Below are positions 20,099 to 29,987 of a DNA stretch of 64,000 nt, piece after piece (position 1 is the first letter of the stretch; every line of letters starts with the position of its first letter). This stretch comes from Candidatus Bipolaricaulota bacterium (GTDB taxonomy: Bacteria; Bipolaricaulota; Bipolaricaulia; UBA7950; UBA9294), in assembly GCA_040752575.1 (NCBI GenBank), contig JBFMGK010000027.1:90360-154359 (forward strand), given 5' to 3'. Made by a program: the position numbers and the translations under genes. The notes below the pieces were generated by a model. The model did no database searches. It was not told the DNA's origin and saw only the letters and a program-made list of their open reading frames with translations.

Positions 20099-20813
20099 CG
20101 CCCTCTCCTTCCACCAGACGTCCGTCGAGGATGCGGATCCGGCGCTGTGCGTACCGCGAGACCGCGGGGTCATGGGTCACGACGAGAAACGTCACGCAAT
20201 GGTCCTCGTTGAGACGGCGCATGAGTTCCATGACCGCGGCGCCCGTCTCGGAGTCCAGGTTTGCCGTCGGCTCATCGGCCAAGACGATCATTGGTCCCGT
20301 GACGAGAGCTCGGGCGATGGCCACGCGTTGCCGCTGGCCACCCGAGAGTTCGTTGGGGCGGCGGCGGGCGAAGGCGGTCAGGCCGACCTCCTCGAGGCGC
20401 GCGGCGACCCGTTCGCGGCGCGCCGGCCGGGCGACCCGTTGAAGAAGCAGCGGGTATTCCACGTTCTCCGCCGCGCTCAGAACAGGGATCAGGTTGAACG
20501 ACTGGAAGACCAGGCCGATCTTCGTCTTGCGGAGCTGCGCGAGCTGGCCTTCCGTCAGCGTGCTGGTGGGCTGACCTTCTACATAGACTTCGCCGGTCGT
20601 CGGTCGGTCGATCACCGACATGAGGTTAAGGAAGGTCGTCTTTCCGCTTCCGGACGGACCGTTGATCACGACGAAGTCGCCCTGCGGGGCGGCGAAGTTG
20701 ACGTCCCGCAGCGCGTAGATCGTCTCCGCACCGAGGACGTAGGTCTTCGTGAGCTGCTGCGCTTCCAGGAAACGCGCGCCGCGAACGTGACAGAACTGGC
20801 TCTCTCCGCTCAT
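20061..20813 (-). CDS. ABC transporter ATP-binding protein, LolD-like
   Basis: GPSGSGKTT, FQSFNLIP, LSGGQRQRVAIARAL, ADEPTANLD, VTHD. Confidence 0.92.
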   Translation of the reverse strand: MSGESQFCHVRGARFLEAQQLTKTYVLGAETIYALRDVNFAAPQGDFVVINGPSGSGKTTFLNLMSVIDRPTTGEVYVEGQPTSTLTEGQLAQLRKTKIGLVFQSFNLIPVLSAAENVEYPLLLQRVARPARRERVAARLEEVGLTAFARRRPNELSGGQRQRVAIARALVTGPMIVLADEPTANLDSETGAAVMELMRRLNEDHCVTFLVVTHDPAVSRYAQRRIRILDGRLVEGEGDGVATAAAKPVA

Positions 20814-20947
20814 GATCCCTTCCCTCTCTGTAGACTCTGACTTTACCCGGACGCTTGGCCGACGCACAAGCTCCCGGCGAAGCCGTTGGGTGATCGCGGA
20901 CCGGAAGATCGCTATCATCGGCAGCAACCGGACAAGGGAGGACAACG

Positions 20948-21955
20948 ATGGAGCACCGCCGACTGGGTTCCACGGGACTCCGCGTCTCGTCTTTGTGCTT
21001 CGGCACCATGTCGTTTGGCGACATGGCGAACCCGGGCACATGCGCCTCGCTCTACCGACGGGCACGCGAGGCGGGGATCGACGTTTTCGACTGCGCGAAT
21101 GTCTATTCCGCCGGACGTGCCGAGGAGATCCTCGGGAAGCTCATGGCTGCGGAGCGTCAGCACGTCGTCGTGACGACCAAAGTGGGGTTCCCCACGGGAG
21201 ATGGGCCCAACGATCGCGGGCTGTCAAGAAAGCACGTACTGCAGTCTGTGGAGGACAGCCTGCGGCGGTTGCACACCGATCGCGTCGAGGTTCTCTTCGT
21301 GCATACCGTGGACCCGGCGACGCCCGTCGAGGAGACGCTTCGGGCACTCGACCTCCTCGTGCGGCAAGGGAAGGTCCTCTACCTCGGCGTGAGCAACTGG
21401 GCCGCGTGGCAGATCGCTACGGCCCTTGGCGTCTCGCGCTGCGAGGGGTTGGCGGCGTTCTCGTGCGTCCAGCCGATGTACAACCTCGTCAAGCGGCAGG
21501 CGGAGGTCGAGATTCTTCCCCTGGCACGGGCTATGGACCTCGGAGTGCTGAGCTACAGCCCGCTGGGCGGCGGACTCCTGAGCGGGAAGTACGGCGCGGG
21601 CAAGGCGCCGAGCGGCGGCCGGCTGATCGACAACGCGATGTACGCCGCACGCTACGGCGATGAAGGTGCGTTCCGGGGTGCCGATGCGCTGGGCCAGTTC
21701 GCGAACGAACTCCAGGTGCATCCGGCGACGCTTGCCGTGGCGTGGGTCGCCGCCCATCCCGCGGTCACGGCGCCGATCCTTGGCGCAAGGAACGTCGAGC
21801 AGCTCGAGCCCGCGCTTGCTGCCGCCGAGTTCCCGATGACCGGCGAGCTCTATGCGAAGCTCGCCGCACTGACACCGGAGCCGCCCCCGCCCACGGATCG
21901 CAGCGAGGAACGCCGGGGCGTTGCGTATGGGGGAAGCGCGGAGAAGTACAAGTAG
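20948..21955 (+). CDS. Aldo/keto reductase
   Basis: [52 protein letters not shown]. Confidence 0.93.
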   Translation: MEHRRLGSTGLRVSSLCFGTMSFGDMANPGTCASLYRRAREAGIDVFDCANVYSAGRAEEILGKLMAAERQHVVVTTKVGFPTGDGPNDRGLSRKHVLQSVEDSLRRLHTDRVEVLFVHTVDPATPVEETLRALDLLVRQGKVLYLGVSNWAAWQIATALGVSRCEGLAAFSCVQPMYNLVKRQAEVEILPLARAMDLGVLSYSPLGGGLLSGKYGAGKAPSGGRLIDNAMYAARYGDEGAFRGADALGQFANELQVHPATLAVAWVAAHPAVTAPILGARNVEQLEPALAAAEFPMTGELYAKLAALTPEPPPPTDRSEERRGVAYGGSAEKYK

Positions 21956-21969
21956 CGTTCGGGAGCGCC

Positions 21970-23484
21970 ATGGGCGTCGTCATCCTCGACTTCGGCTCGC
22001 AGACCACTCGGCTGATCGCGCGACGCGTGCGCGAGCTGGGAGCCTACTCGATCCTTCTCCCCGGCACTTCGCCCCTCGAACAGGTCCTGTCCGAGCACCC
22101 CGAGGCGGTGATCCTGTCCGGCGGGCCACGGTCGGCGTTCGAGCCCGCGGCGCCGAAGCCCGACCCGCGGCTTGTCGAGGCGGGGATACCCCTCCTGGGG
22201 ATCTGCTACGGGATGCAGATCCTGGTGCAGTCTGCTGGGGGCGACGTGCGCGACCTCGGCCGACGCTCCTACGGGGCGGATCGCCTCCTCGCGACGCAAG
22301 GGCCTCTCTTTCGCGGCATCGAGGCCGGCGAGCGGGTCTGGATGAGCCATTCAACGGCGGTGGCGGCGCTCCCCGAAGGCTGGGTCGCGCTTGCGGCAAC
22401 GAGCGCCAATCCCCACGCGGCGGTTGCGTCACCTGACGGACGCGCGCTGGGAGTGCAGTTTCACCCAGAGGTGATGCACACTCCCAGTGGAACGACGCTT
22501 CTCGCGAACTTCCTCGAGCTTGCCGGTGTGCCACGGGACTGGACGGCCGAGGCGTCGCTCGACCGTGCGTTGGCGTCGCTGCGCGCCGTGTCCGGCGGGG
22601 GCCGCGTGCTCGTGGGGGTGTCCGGCGGCGTCGACTCCTCAGCGCTTGCGCTCCTGCTGGCAAAGGCGAAGATCGATCACCTTGCCGTTTTCGTCGACCA
22701 CGGACTGCTGCGAGAGGGAGAGAGAGACGAAGTGGAGGCGGCGCTCCGCACGCTGGGTGTACGGCTGGAGGTCGTCGAGGCCTCGCGACGTTTTCTTGTG
22801 GCGCTTCACGGCGTTGAGGATCCGGAGGCGAAGAGGAGGATCATCGGCCGCGAGTTCGTCGCGGTGTTCCGCGACGTCGCCCAGGCACGGGGCCCGTTCC
22901 GGTTTCTGGCGCAAGGGACGCTCTATCCTGACGTGATCGAGTCGGCGGGCGGCGAGGGGACGGAGAACATCAAGAGTCACCACAACGTGGGCGGCCTTCC
23001 GACGGATCTCGGTTTCGAGTTGGTCGAGCCATTTCGCACGTTGTTCAAGGATGAGGTGCGCGAGGTCGCGCGGCTGCTCGGCCTTCCCGACGCGATTCGT
23101 CTCCGTCACCCGTTCCCGGGGCCCGGTCTGGCTGTCAGGATCCTTGGCCCCGTGACCGAAGAGCGGTTGCAGACCGCCCGTCGCGCCGATGCGATCTTCA
23201 TCGAGACCCTGCGGCAGCGCGGCGTCTACGACGACGTCTGGCAAGCTCTGGCGGTTCTGACGCCGATCCGCAGCGTGGGCGTGGCCGGTGACGAACGGCG
23301 CTACGGCTATGTTGTCGGCCTGCGGGCGGTGACGAGCGTCGACGCGATGACCGCCGATTGGGCTCGACTCCCCTACGATGTGCTCGACGAAGCCGCACAG
23401 CGCATCACGCGGGAGATCCCCGAGGTGGGCCGTGTCGTCTATGACGTGACGAGCAAGCCTCCCGGGACCATCGAGTGGGAATAG
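21970..23484 (+). CDS. guaA: GMP synthase (glutamine-hydrolysing)
   Basis: [56 protein letters not shown]. Confidence 0.97.
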   Translation: MGVVILDFGSQTTRLIARRVRELGAYSILLPGTSPLEQVLSEHPEAVILSGGPRSAFEPAAPKPDPRLVEAGIPLLGICYGMQILVQSAGGDVRDLGRRSYGADRLLATQGPLFRGIEAGERVWMSHSTAVAALPEGWVALAATSANPHAAVASPDGRALGVQFHPEVMHTPSGTTLLANFLELAGVPRDWTAEASLDRALASLRAVSGGGRVLVGVSGGVDSSALALLLAKAKIDHLAVFVDHGLLREGERDEVEAALRTLGVRLEVVEASRRFLVALHGVEDPEAKRRIIGREFVAVFRDVAQARGPFRFLAQGTLYPDVIESAGGEGTENIKSHHNVGGLPTDLGFELVEPFRTLFKDEVREVARLLGLPDAIRLRHPFPGPGLAVRILGPVTEERLQTARRADAIFIETLRQRGVYDDVWQALAVLTPIRSVGVAGDERRYGYVVGLRAVTSVDAMTADWARLPYDVLDEAAQRITREIPEVGRVVYDVTSKPPGTIEWE

Positions 23485-23615
23485 CGCTGCGACGGGACTG
23501 CGGCGGGAGCAACGTCCTTCCTCCCTGGCTGGAAGAGCGAGACCGCAGGAAAGATCGCCACATGGTCAGCGGGAAAAGCCTTCCAGTCCAGCTGGAGTAC
23601 GCCGGGGGGCCGTAG

Positions 23616-25550
23616 ATGCGGTTGCGGGCGCAGATGCTGCTCGGGACGGCAGCGATCAGTGCCGTCGTGGTCGTGACGCTGCTGGGCATCGTGGCGCCGC
23701 GCCTCGAGCAGTCCTTTGCCGCCCTCGAGTACGGGGCCGTGCGACAGGACCTCGCGCGGGCGACGAACGCAATCCGCGCCGAATTAGCAGCGCTGCAAGG
23801 AACCGCCGAGGACTGGGGGGCGTGGGACGACACGGTCGCGTTTGTCCGCGGCCAGGCTCCTGACTACGTCGAGCAGAACCTCATGCCGTGGTCGATGGAG
23901 AATCTGCGACTCGACTTCATGGTCTTCTACGATGAGGCAGGGCGTCGCGTCCTTGCTCGCGGATTCGACGCCGCAGAGGCCGCGATCGCCGAGGTCGGCG
24001 AGCCGACCCTTAGCGCACTCGGACGCGTTCTCGAATCCCTACGCGCCGAAGCGATCGAGAGCGCGGCGGAGCTGGTGGATCTCGGCGGGGAGTTCGCCCT
24101 TGTTGCGTTCACGCCGATTCTAGACAGCGAGCAACGTGGGCCGAGTGCAGGAACCGTCGCGCTCGGGCGTCTCTTGACGGTGGGGAGTCTTGCCGACCTT
24201 GCGTCCCAGGTGCAGCTTCCGCTGTCGATCCGTTCGTTGGAATCCGACGTCGTTCCGCCGTCCGCCGGCGACCAACTGGCACGCGAGGGTTTCGCCGTCG
24301 CGCCGCTCGACGAGCGGGTGATCGCGGGCTACGCGCTCTGGCCGACGAGGACCGGTGCCCCTGCTGTCGTGAGTTTCGCCACGCCTCGGACCATATTCCA
24401 AACCGGGCAGCGAACGGTGCGAGTCCTGATGGCGAGCCTTCTTGCCATCCTCGTGGCGACCGCCGTCGGCTTCCTGCTCTTCCTGCGTTCGAGAATCCTC
24501 TCGCGCACCTCGGGCTTGGCTGCGGAGGTTGGGAAGATCGCCGCGTCCGGCGATCGCAGCGGGCGCGTCAGTGTCTCCGGCCAGGACGAGCTGGCCGACC
24601 TTGGACGCCAGATCAACGGGATGCTCCGTGCCCTTGAGGCATCGAACGCCGCCCTCGAGCGGAGCGAGGGGCGGTACCGCAATCTCTTCGAGTCATCGCG
24701 CGATCCCATCTACATCACAACTGCCGACGGGGCGTTCGTCGACGTCAACCGGGCGCTGCTTGACCTATTCGGCTACGCCAAAGAGGAACTGAAGACGCTC
24801 TCGGCGGCTTCGCTCTACGCGCGCGTCGAAGACCGCGAGGCGTTTCGCGCCTTGATCGACGAGAAGGGGTTCGTCGCGAACTACCCCGTGAGTCTCCGGA
24901 AGAAGGATGGAACTCACGTCGAGTGCCTGCTGACGACGATCGCTGAGGAGGCTCCAGGCGGTTCCGGACGACACTATCAGGGGATCCTCCGCGATGTCAC
25001 CGAGATCCTCCGCCATCAGGAACGGCTCACGTACCTCGCGACGCATGACCCGCTCACCGGGTTGCTGACGCGAGGTGCGCTCGATGACGTCCTCCAGCTT
25101 GAGATCGCGCGTGCGATGCGCAATCTGGAACGACTGGCCGTGTTCTACCTCGACCTCGATCGATTCAAGGCGATCAACGACACGCACGGGCACGCCGCAG
25201 GCGACCGTCTCCTTCAGGATGTTGCGCAGCGTCTCCGGGCGTCGCTTCGCGCAAGCGATGCGGTCGCGAGGCTTGGCGGCGACGAGTTCGTAGCGCTTCT
25301 TCCCGGCATCGACTCGCCGCGCGATGCGGAGATCGCAGCGGAGAAGGTGGTACGGGCCTTGCGCGACGCGTTCCGCATCGATGGGGAAAAGCTAGACCTC
25401 TCGGTCAGCATCGGGATCGCGCTGTGCCCTGACGACGGAGAGAGCCCGATCCGCCTCCTCCAGAGGGCCGACGCCGCGATGTACTCGGTGAAGGGATTGG
25501 GGCGCAACGGCTGGAAGCGATGCAGCGCTTCAGACGGCTCGCCCTCATGA
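23616..25550 (+). CDS. Membrane diguanylate cyclase (CHASE4-like, HAMP, PAS, GGDEF)
   Basis: Two TMs flanking a DWGAWDDT sensor; DELADLG HAMP; PAS; HDPLTGL, DLDRFKAINDTHGH, RLGGDEF; RxxD I-site (RASD). Confidence 0.93.
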   Translation: MRLRAQMLLGTAAISAVVVVTLLGIVAPRLEQSFAALEYGAVRQDLARATNAIRAELAALQGTAEDWGAWDDTVAFVRGQAPDYVEQNLMPWSMENLRLDFMVFYDEAGRRVLARGFDAAEAAIAEVGEPTLSALGRVLESLRAEAIESAAELVDLGGEFALVAFTPILDSEQRGPSAGTVALGRLLTVGSLADLASQVQLPLSIRSLESDVVPPSAGDQLAREGFAVAPLDERVIAGYALWPTRTGAPAVVSFATPRTIFQTGQRTVRVLMASLLAILVATAVGFLLFLRSRILSRTSGLAAEVGKIAASGDRSGRVSVSGQDELADLGRQINGMLRALEASNAALERSEGRYRNLFESSRDPIYITTADGAFVDVNRALLDLFGYAKEELKTLSAASLYARVEDREAFRALIDEKGFVANYPVSLRKKDGTHVECLLTTIAEEAPGGSGRHYQGILRDVTEILRHQERLTYLATHDPLTGLLTRGALDDVLQLEIARAMRNLERLAVFYLDLDRFKAINDTHGHAAGDRLLQDVAQRLRASLRASDAVARLGGDEFVALLPGIDSPRDAEIAAEKVVRALRDAFRIDGEKLDLSVSIGIALCPDDGESPIRLLQRADAAMYSVKGLGRNGWKRCSASDGSPS

Positions 25551-26810
25551 AGCCGGGTCGCGCGCCAGCGCTGCGGCGAGCGCGGCGGCCAACACGGACG
25601 ACGAATCACGTCGGCGTTCGAGTCGCCGCTTCTCGCGGCGAAGGGCCCGGAATCCGAACGGCGAGTGGGCCTCGAGCCGGCGGACGCAGTCCGGCGTGAA
25701 CTGCCGTGGCGCCGCGGCGACCGCGCCGAGGATGATCTGGAGACTGGCTCCCCGTAGGAGATCTGCCAGCGCCGCGGCGGCAGGCGCCTCGTTGGGGCGA
25801 AGCTGCTCAAGGACCCAGGCGCGGAAGTGCAGAAGCCGGAAGACCAGCCGATCGAGCGGCCAGCGACCGAGGAGTTGGGAGAACACGGTCAGCATTCCGC
25901 AACGCGCGTCTTCTGCCGCATCCTGCAGATCGTCGGCCAGCTGGAGGAGAGCGCCGAGGCTGAAGAAAAGCGAGACGTTTGCTTGGGAGAGGTCGCCGGC
26001 CACGAGGTAGCCGTCGGCGAGAACCGAGGCCCCGCCCTTCTCGAGACTGATGCCGAGGACGTCGATGCCATATGGAGGCTCGTCGCGTTCCAGGAGCGAC
26101 AGACTCCGTGCCTGAGCTGAGTGGATCACGGCAAGGCTCTCGTAGACGCGGGGGACCTCGGCCCGCACGTGCTCGGACTCGACCTCGGCGACGAGACGCC
26201 AGAGGTCGGTCTCGACCTGGCTCTCGGGGGGCAGAGGGTCGCCGGCCAGACGTCGGCCGAAGCGCTCGCCAAGACGCACCTTGTCGAGCTCACGAACCGT
26301 GGGATCGTCGAGCAGATTGTCCGTGAGCGGGTACAGCATGCTGTACGCGAAGACCGACGGAGTGACCCGGAGCGGCAGCCCAAGCATGACTTGAAGCCCG
26401 TTCATGGTCCAGACGTTTCGGCTGGCCTGGAAGATCTCGTCGAGCGGCATCGAGGGCGCGAACTCGCGCGCCCGCCGAGCGAACTCGGTCGCGCAGGTCG
26501 CGAAGCCCCCGTGGAGAAGAAGGTCCACGTGTGCGTCGCTCGCGCCGAGCGACGCGCGAGCGAATGCCCTGCCGGAGAGAGAGAGGCGTCTCTCTGCAGC
26601 GCGACGCTCGTCGACCGTCGTCGGCGGATGCTGGGCCTCTTCGAGCAACTCGTCGACCAGGAGCCGCAGTTCGCGCTCCCGGCGTCGCTGCTCGCAGCGC
26701 GCATACGTTCGGGGTAGCTCCGGAAGGCGTGATGTCCCGCGCCACCAAGCCTCCGCGCACGCGGCGGCGCACTCTTGCGATAGGCGCCCCACGGGGGTGT
26801 TCTCAACCAT
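25545..26810 (-). CDS. Class I isoprenoid-synthase-fold protein of unknown product
   Basis: Two Asp-rich motifs, YPLTDNLLDD and LQLADDLQD, with LEKGG between them; all-helical character; extended -10 TGnTAGACT at 26851-26859. Confidence 0.65.
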   Translation of the reverse strand: MVENTPVGRLSQECAAACAEAWWRGTSRLPELPRTYARCEQRRRERELRLLVDELLEEAQHPPTTVDERRAAERRLSLSGRAFARASLGASDAHVDLLLHGGFATCATEFARRAREFAPSMPLDEIFQASRNVWTMNGLQVMLGLPLRVTPSVFAYSMLYPLTDNLLDDPTVRELDKVRLGERFGRRLAGDPLPPESQVETDLWRLVAEVESEHVRAEVPRVYESLAVIHSAQARSLSLLERDEPPYGIDVLGISLEKGGASVLADGYLVAGDLSQANVSLFFSLGALLQLADDLQDAAEDARCGMLTVFSQLLGRWPLDRLVFRLLHFRAWVLEQLRPNEAPAAAALADLLRGASLQIILGAVAAAPRQFTPDCVRRLEAHSPFGFRALRREKRRLERRRDSSSVLAAALAAALARDPAS

Positions 26811-26962
26811 CGTCAACCTCCGGCTTGCGACGTTCGCGCGTCGCGACCGGAGTCTAACACGACGAGCCAAGGCTGGCGGCACGGGGCAGCCGGGTCTTGC
26901 CGCGCGAGATCCCTCTCAGCGTTGCCGTGGCGCGGCGGACCACCCACCGGGGCCTTGGCGAT

Positions 26963-27988
26963 CTACACCGCATCTCCCACGGAGCCCTCGGGGGGAAGCA
27001 ACGGTCGATGCGGATGGAGATGGCCAGCTCCCTGGATGCCGACGAAGTAAGGCGCGAAGTCGACGTTGCCGCCCGAGAGAAGGATCCCCACGCGCTGGCC
27101 TGGAACCCGGAGTTTGCCGCAAAGCAGTGGGGCAACGGCAACGGCGGCCGAGGGCTCGACGACGAGCTTGGTCCTCTCCCACAGGAATCGCATCGTGGTC
27201 CGGATGTCGGCTTCGCTGACCAGGACGATGTCGTCAAGCGACAGGCGGCGGAGGATCGTGAACGGAAGCTCGCCGAGCGGGGTACGGAGGCCGTCGGCGA
27301 TCGTGTTCGGTGTGAAGTCCGTGACCCGGCTTCCGGTTTGGAGCGAGCGTGCGGCGTCGTCGGCTCCCTCGGGCTCGCAGCCGATCACTCTGGCGTGGGG
27401 GACTACGTGCCGAGCGGCGAGCAGCGTTCCCGAGAGGAGGCCGCCGCCGCCGACGGGCGCAAGGATCAGGTCGAGATCCTTCGCCTCTTCGAGAAGCTCG
27501 CACGTCGCGGAGGCTTGCCCGGCGACGACGAACGGGTCGTCGTGCGGTGAGATGTAGCAGGCTCGGGTCTCGTGAGCGATCCGCTCGACGACCTCCCGAC
27601 GACCGGAGTGCGTGGGGTCGCAGAAGAGGACGCGCGCGCCGTAGTCGCGCGTTGCACCCACCTTGGTGGGATTCGAGTCTTTGGGCATGACCAGCGTTGC
27701 GGGAATCTCATGAAGGCGCGCCGCGAGAGCGAGAGCTTGGGCATGATTGCCGCTCGAGTCGGCCACGACGCCGCGGGGACGCTCGTCGGCGGAGAGACCC
27801 GCAACGGCGTTCACCGCGCCGCGGAACTTGAACGAACCGGTCCTCTGGAAGTTCTCGCACTTGAGGAAGACGCGAGCCCCGCATGCGGCGTCGAGGAGGC
27901 TCGACGTGTGGATGGGCGTGCGATGGGCAAACGGGGCGATGCGCCGGCGCGCGGCCTGGATTTCCGACCAGTTCGGCGCTAGGGGCAT
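26963..27988 (-). CDS. PLP-dependent serine/threonine dehydratase or serine racemase family protein
   Basis: LKCENFQRTGSFKFRGA, SSGNHAQA, PVGGGGLLSG, LSGGNVD; no ACT domain. Confidence 0.9.
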   Translation of the reverse strand: MPLAPNWSEIQAARRRIAPFAHRTPIHTSSLLDAACGARVFLKCENFQRTGSFKFRGAVNAVAGLSADERPRGVVADSSGNHAQALALAARLHEIPATLVMPKDSNPTKVGATRDYGARVLFCDPTHSGRREVVERIAHETRACYISPHDDPFVVAGQASATCELLEEAKDLDLILAPVGGGGLLSGTLLAARHVVPHARVIGCEPEGADDAARSLQTGSRVTDFTPNTIADGLRTPLGELPFTILRRLSLDDIVLVSEADIRTTMRFLWERTKLVVEPSAAVAVAPLLCGKLRVPGQRVGILLSGGNVDFAPYFVGIQGAGHLHPHRPLLPPEGSVGDAV

Positions 27989-28536
27989 GCTTCCTCCCGG
28001 AAGAACGCATCGCGGTAGAGGCGGAGTTCGGCGATCGACTCGCGTAGGTCATCCAGCGCGCGGTGGCGCGACGCCTTGTCCAGCTTTGAGGCGATCTCGG
28101 GACGCCAACGGCGCGCAAGCTCCTTGATGGAACTTACGTCGACGTTCCGATAGTGGAGAGCGGCCTCAAGCTTCGGCATGTGACGGATCAGAAACCGGCG
28201 GTCGAAGCAGACGGAGTTTCCTGCGAGAGGCGAGGCTCCCGAGATGCAGTGGCGCATCACGTAGTCCAGCGTCCGCGCTTCCGCCTCGGCGAGCGCCACC
28301 GTCGAGGCACGAGACGCCTCGAGTAGGCCGCTTGCCGCATGCTGGCGCGCACACCACGGGTCGAGTTGGCCGATCGCGTGCCCCGCCTGGTGGACGACCA
28401 GATCGATCCCGTCGCCGAGTTCGTTGAGTTCCTTGTCGGTGACAAGGCAGGCGATCTCGAGGACGACGCGCGTCTCGGGGTCGAGACCGGTCGTCTCCAG
28501 ATCGATCCAAACGAGGTGATCCGCCTGTCGCGCCAT
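27979..28536 (-). CDS. orn: Oligoribonuclease
   Basis: LVWIDLETTGL, LAGNSV..DRRFL, HYRNVDVSSIKELARRW, HRALDD..ESIAELRLY. Confidence 0.94.
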   Translation of the reverse strand: MARQADHLVWIDLETTGLDPETRVVLEIACLVTDKELNELGDGIDLVVHQAGHAIGQLDPWCARQHAASGLLEASRASTVALAEAEARTLDYVMRHCISGASPLAGNSVCFDRRFLIRHMPKLEAALHYRNVDVSSIKELARRWRPEIASKLDKASRHRALDDLRESIAELRLYRDAFFREEACP

Positions 28537-28633
28537 GTCCTGCCCTCCGCGTGGAGCGTAACGCCGCCGGGGCTTGGCGGCCATGGAAGCGCGGGGGCAG
28601 GGCGTCAGCGCGTCCCGCCCCCTGCTTGGGAAC

Positions 28634-29905
28634 CTAGTGCTTCTTTGTCGCAGCCCTGGCGGCGGGTGGAGTCAGGCCGACGAGCGAGACGACGAGGCCG
28701 AGCCCGGCGAGCGCCATGACGGGGACGAAGACCGAGAGGTAGCTTCCGGTGGCGTCTCGGATCATGCCCGAGAGGATGCTCCCGAGAATGGCTCCGACCC
28801 CGTACGCCGTGAACACGATGCCGTAGTTTCTCGCGTAGTGCCGTGTCCCAAAGAAAGTGGCCGTCGCCGTGGGCGCGATCGCCAGCCACCCGCCGAGATT
28901 CAGATACAACAGGACGAAGGCGACGAAGTAGACGGCGCTACTGCCCTTGCCTGCGAAGTAAACCAGGCCAGCTGCGAGCAGGATCAGGACGAACGAGAGA
29001 GCCGCCGCGTAACGAGGGGTCAGCCGATCGGTCAACCAGCCGAAGAGCGGCCTGCCGATGGCGTTCGGAATCGCGAAGATCGACACGGCCAGAGTGGCCA
29101 GGGTGCTCGTCACGCCGGCGACCTCGAGCCCGAAAGGTTTGGCGATCCCGATCGACATCAGGCCGGCGAGACAGCCGATGGTGTAGCAGCCCCACAGTGC
29201 GTAGAACGTGCCGCGTCTCACCATCTGTCCGCGATCCAGATCGGCAGCGCCCGACGTGCTGCCTGAGGTCTTGCCCGCCTTGGCCGCCGCAGGTTTGAAC
29301 CCCTTGGGCGCCCAGCCGGACGGCGGGAAACGCAGGGGGAGGGCGAGGGCGAGGAGGATGACGAGGAACACCGCTCCGAGCACCGTGAACGTGCGGACGA
29401 CGCCGAGTGGGCCGATCAACGCGTCGGCAACGGGGGCGAGGATCAGCGCCGAGAGACCGAAACCCATCACGGTGAGCCCGACCGCGAGTCCTTTCTTGTC
29501 CGGGAACCACTTGCCGGCCACGGCAATCGGGCAACCATACGCAACGCCGACGCCGCCTCCCGCAAGCACGCCGTAGAAGAGCGTAAGAACCCAGATGTTC
29601 GGCGAGAATCCAGACAGGATCCAGCCGGCGCCGACGAGCGATCCGCCCAGCAAGGTCGCCTTGCGCGGGCCCCACTTCTCGACCAGCGGCCCGGCGAGCG
29701 CCATGCCGAGGGCGAAGACCCCCAGGAAGATCATGAAGGGGAAACCGGCTTGCGTGGCCGTGATCCCCCAAAGCGCCTGCAGCGGCGGCCGGAATACGCT
29801 GAACGCGTAGACAGCTCCGAGGCATAGATTGATCAGGAGTCCAACCAGTACGAAGACCCAACGGCCGGACTCCGGCTTCATCCCGAAAACCCTCTCCTCC
29901 GTCAT
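28634..29905 (-). CDS. OFA (oxalate/formate antiporter) family MFS transporter
   Basis: LCLGAVYAFSVF, KWFPDKKGLAVG, FFGTRHYARNYG; ~12 TMs. Confidence 0.88.
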   Translation of the reverse strand: MTEERVFGMKPESGRWVFVLVGLLINLCLGAVYAFSVFRPPLQALWGITATQAGFPFMIFLGVFALGMALAGPLVEKWGPRKATLLGGSLVGAGWILSGFSPNIWVLTLFYGVLAGGGVGVAYGCPIAVAGKWFPDKKGLAVGLTVMGFGLSALILAPVADALIGPLGVVRTFTVLGAVFLVILLALALPLRFPPSGWAPKGFKPAAAKAGKTSGSTSGAADLDRGQMVRRGTFYALWGCYTIGCLAGLMSIGIAKPFGLEVAGVTSTLATLAVSIFAIPNAIGRPLFGWLTDRLTPRYAAALSFVLILLAAGLVYFAGKGSSAVYFVAFVLLYLNLGGWLAIAPTATATFFGTRHYARNYGIVFTAYGVGAILGSILSGMIRDATGSYLSVFVPVMALAGLGLVVSLVGLTPPAARAATKKH

Positions 29906-29987
29906 GCCATCCCTCCAAGAAGGAGCGGGGACCCGAGGGCCCCCGCTCGTGCGTTTTTCTTCTTCCTCCGGGCAGTCCGGCACGGGA

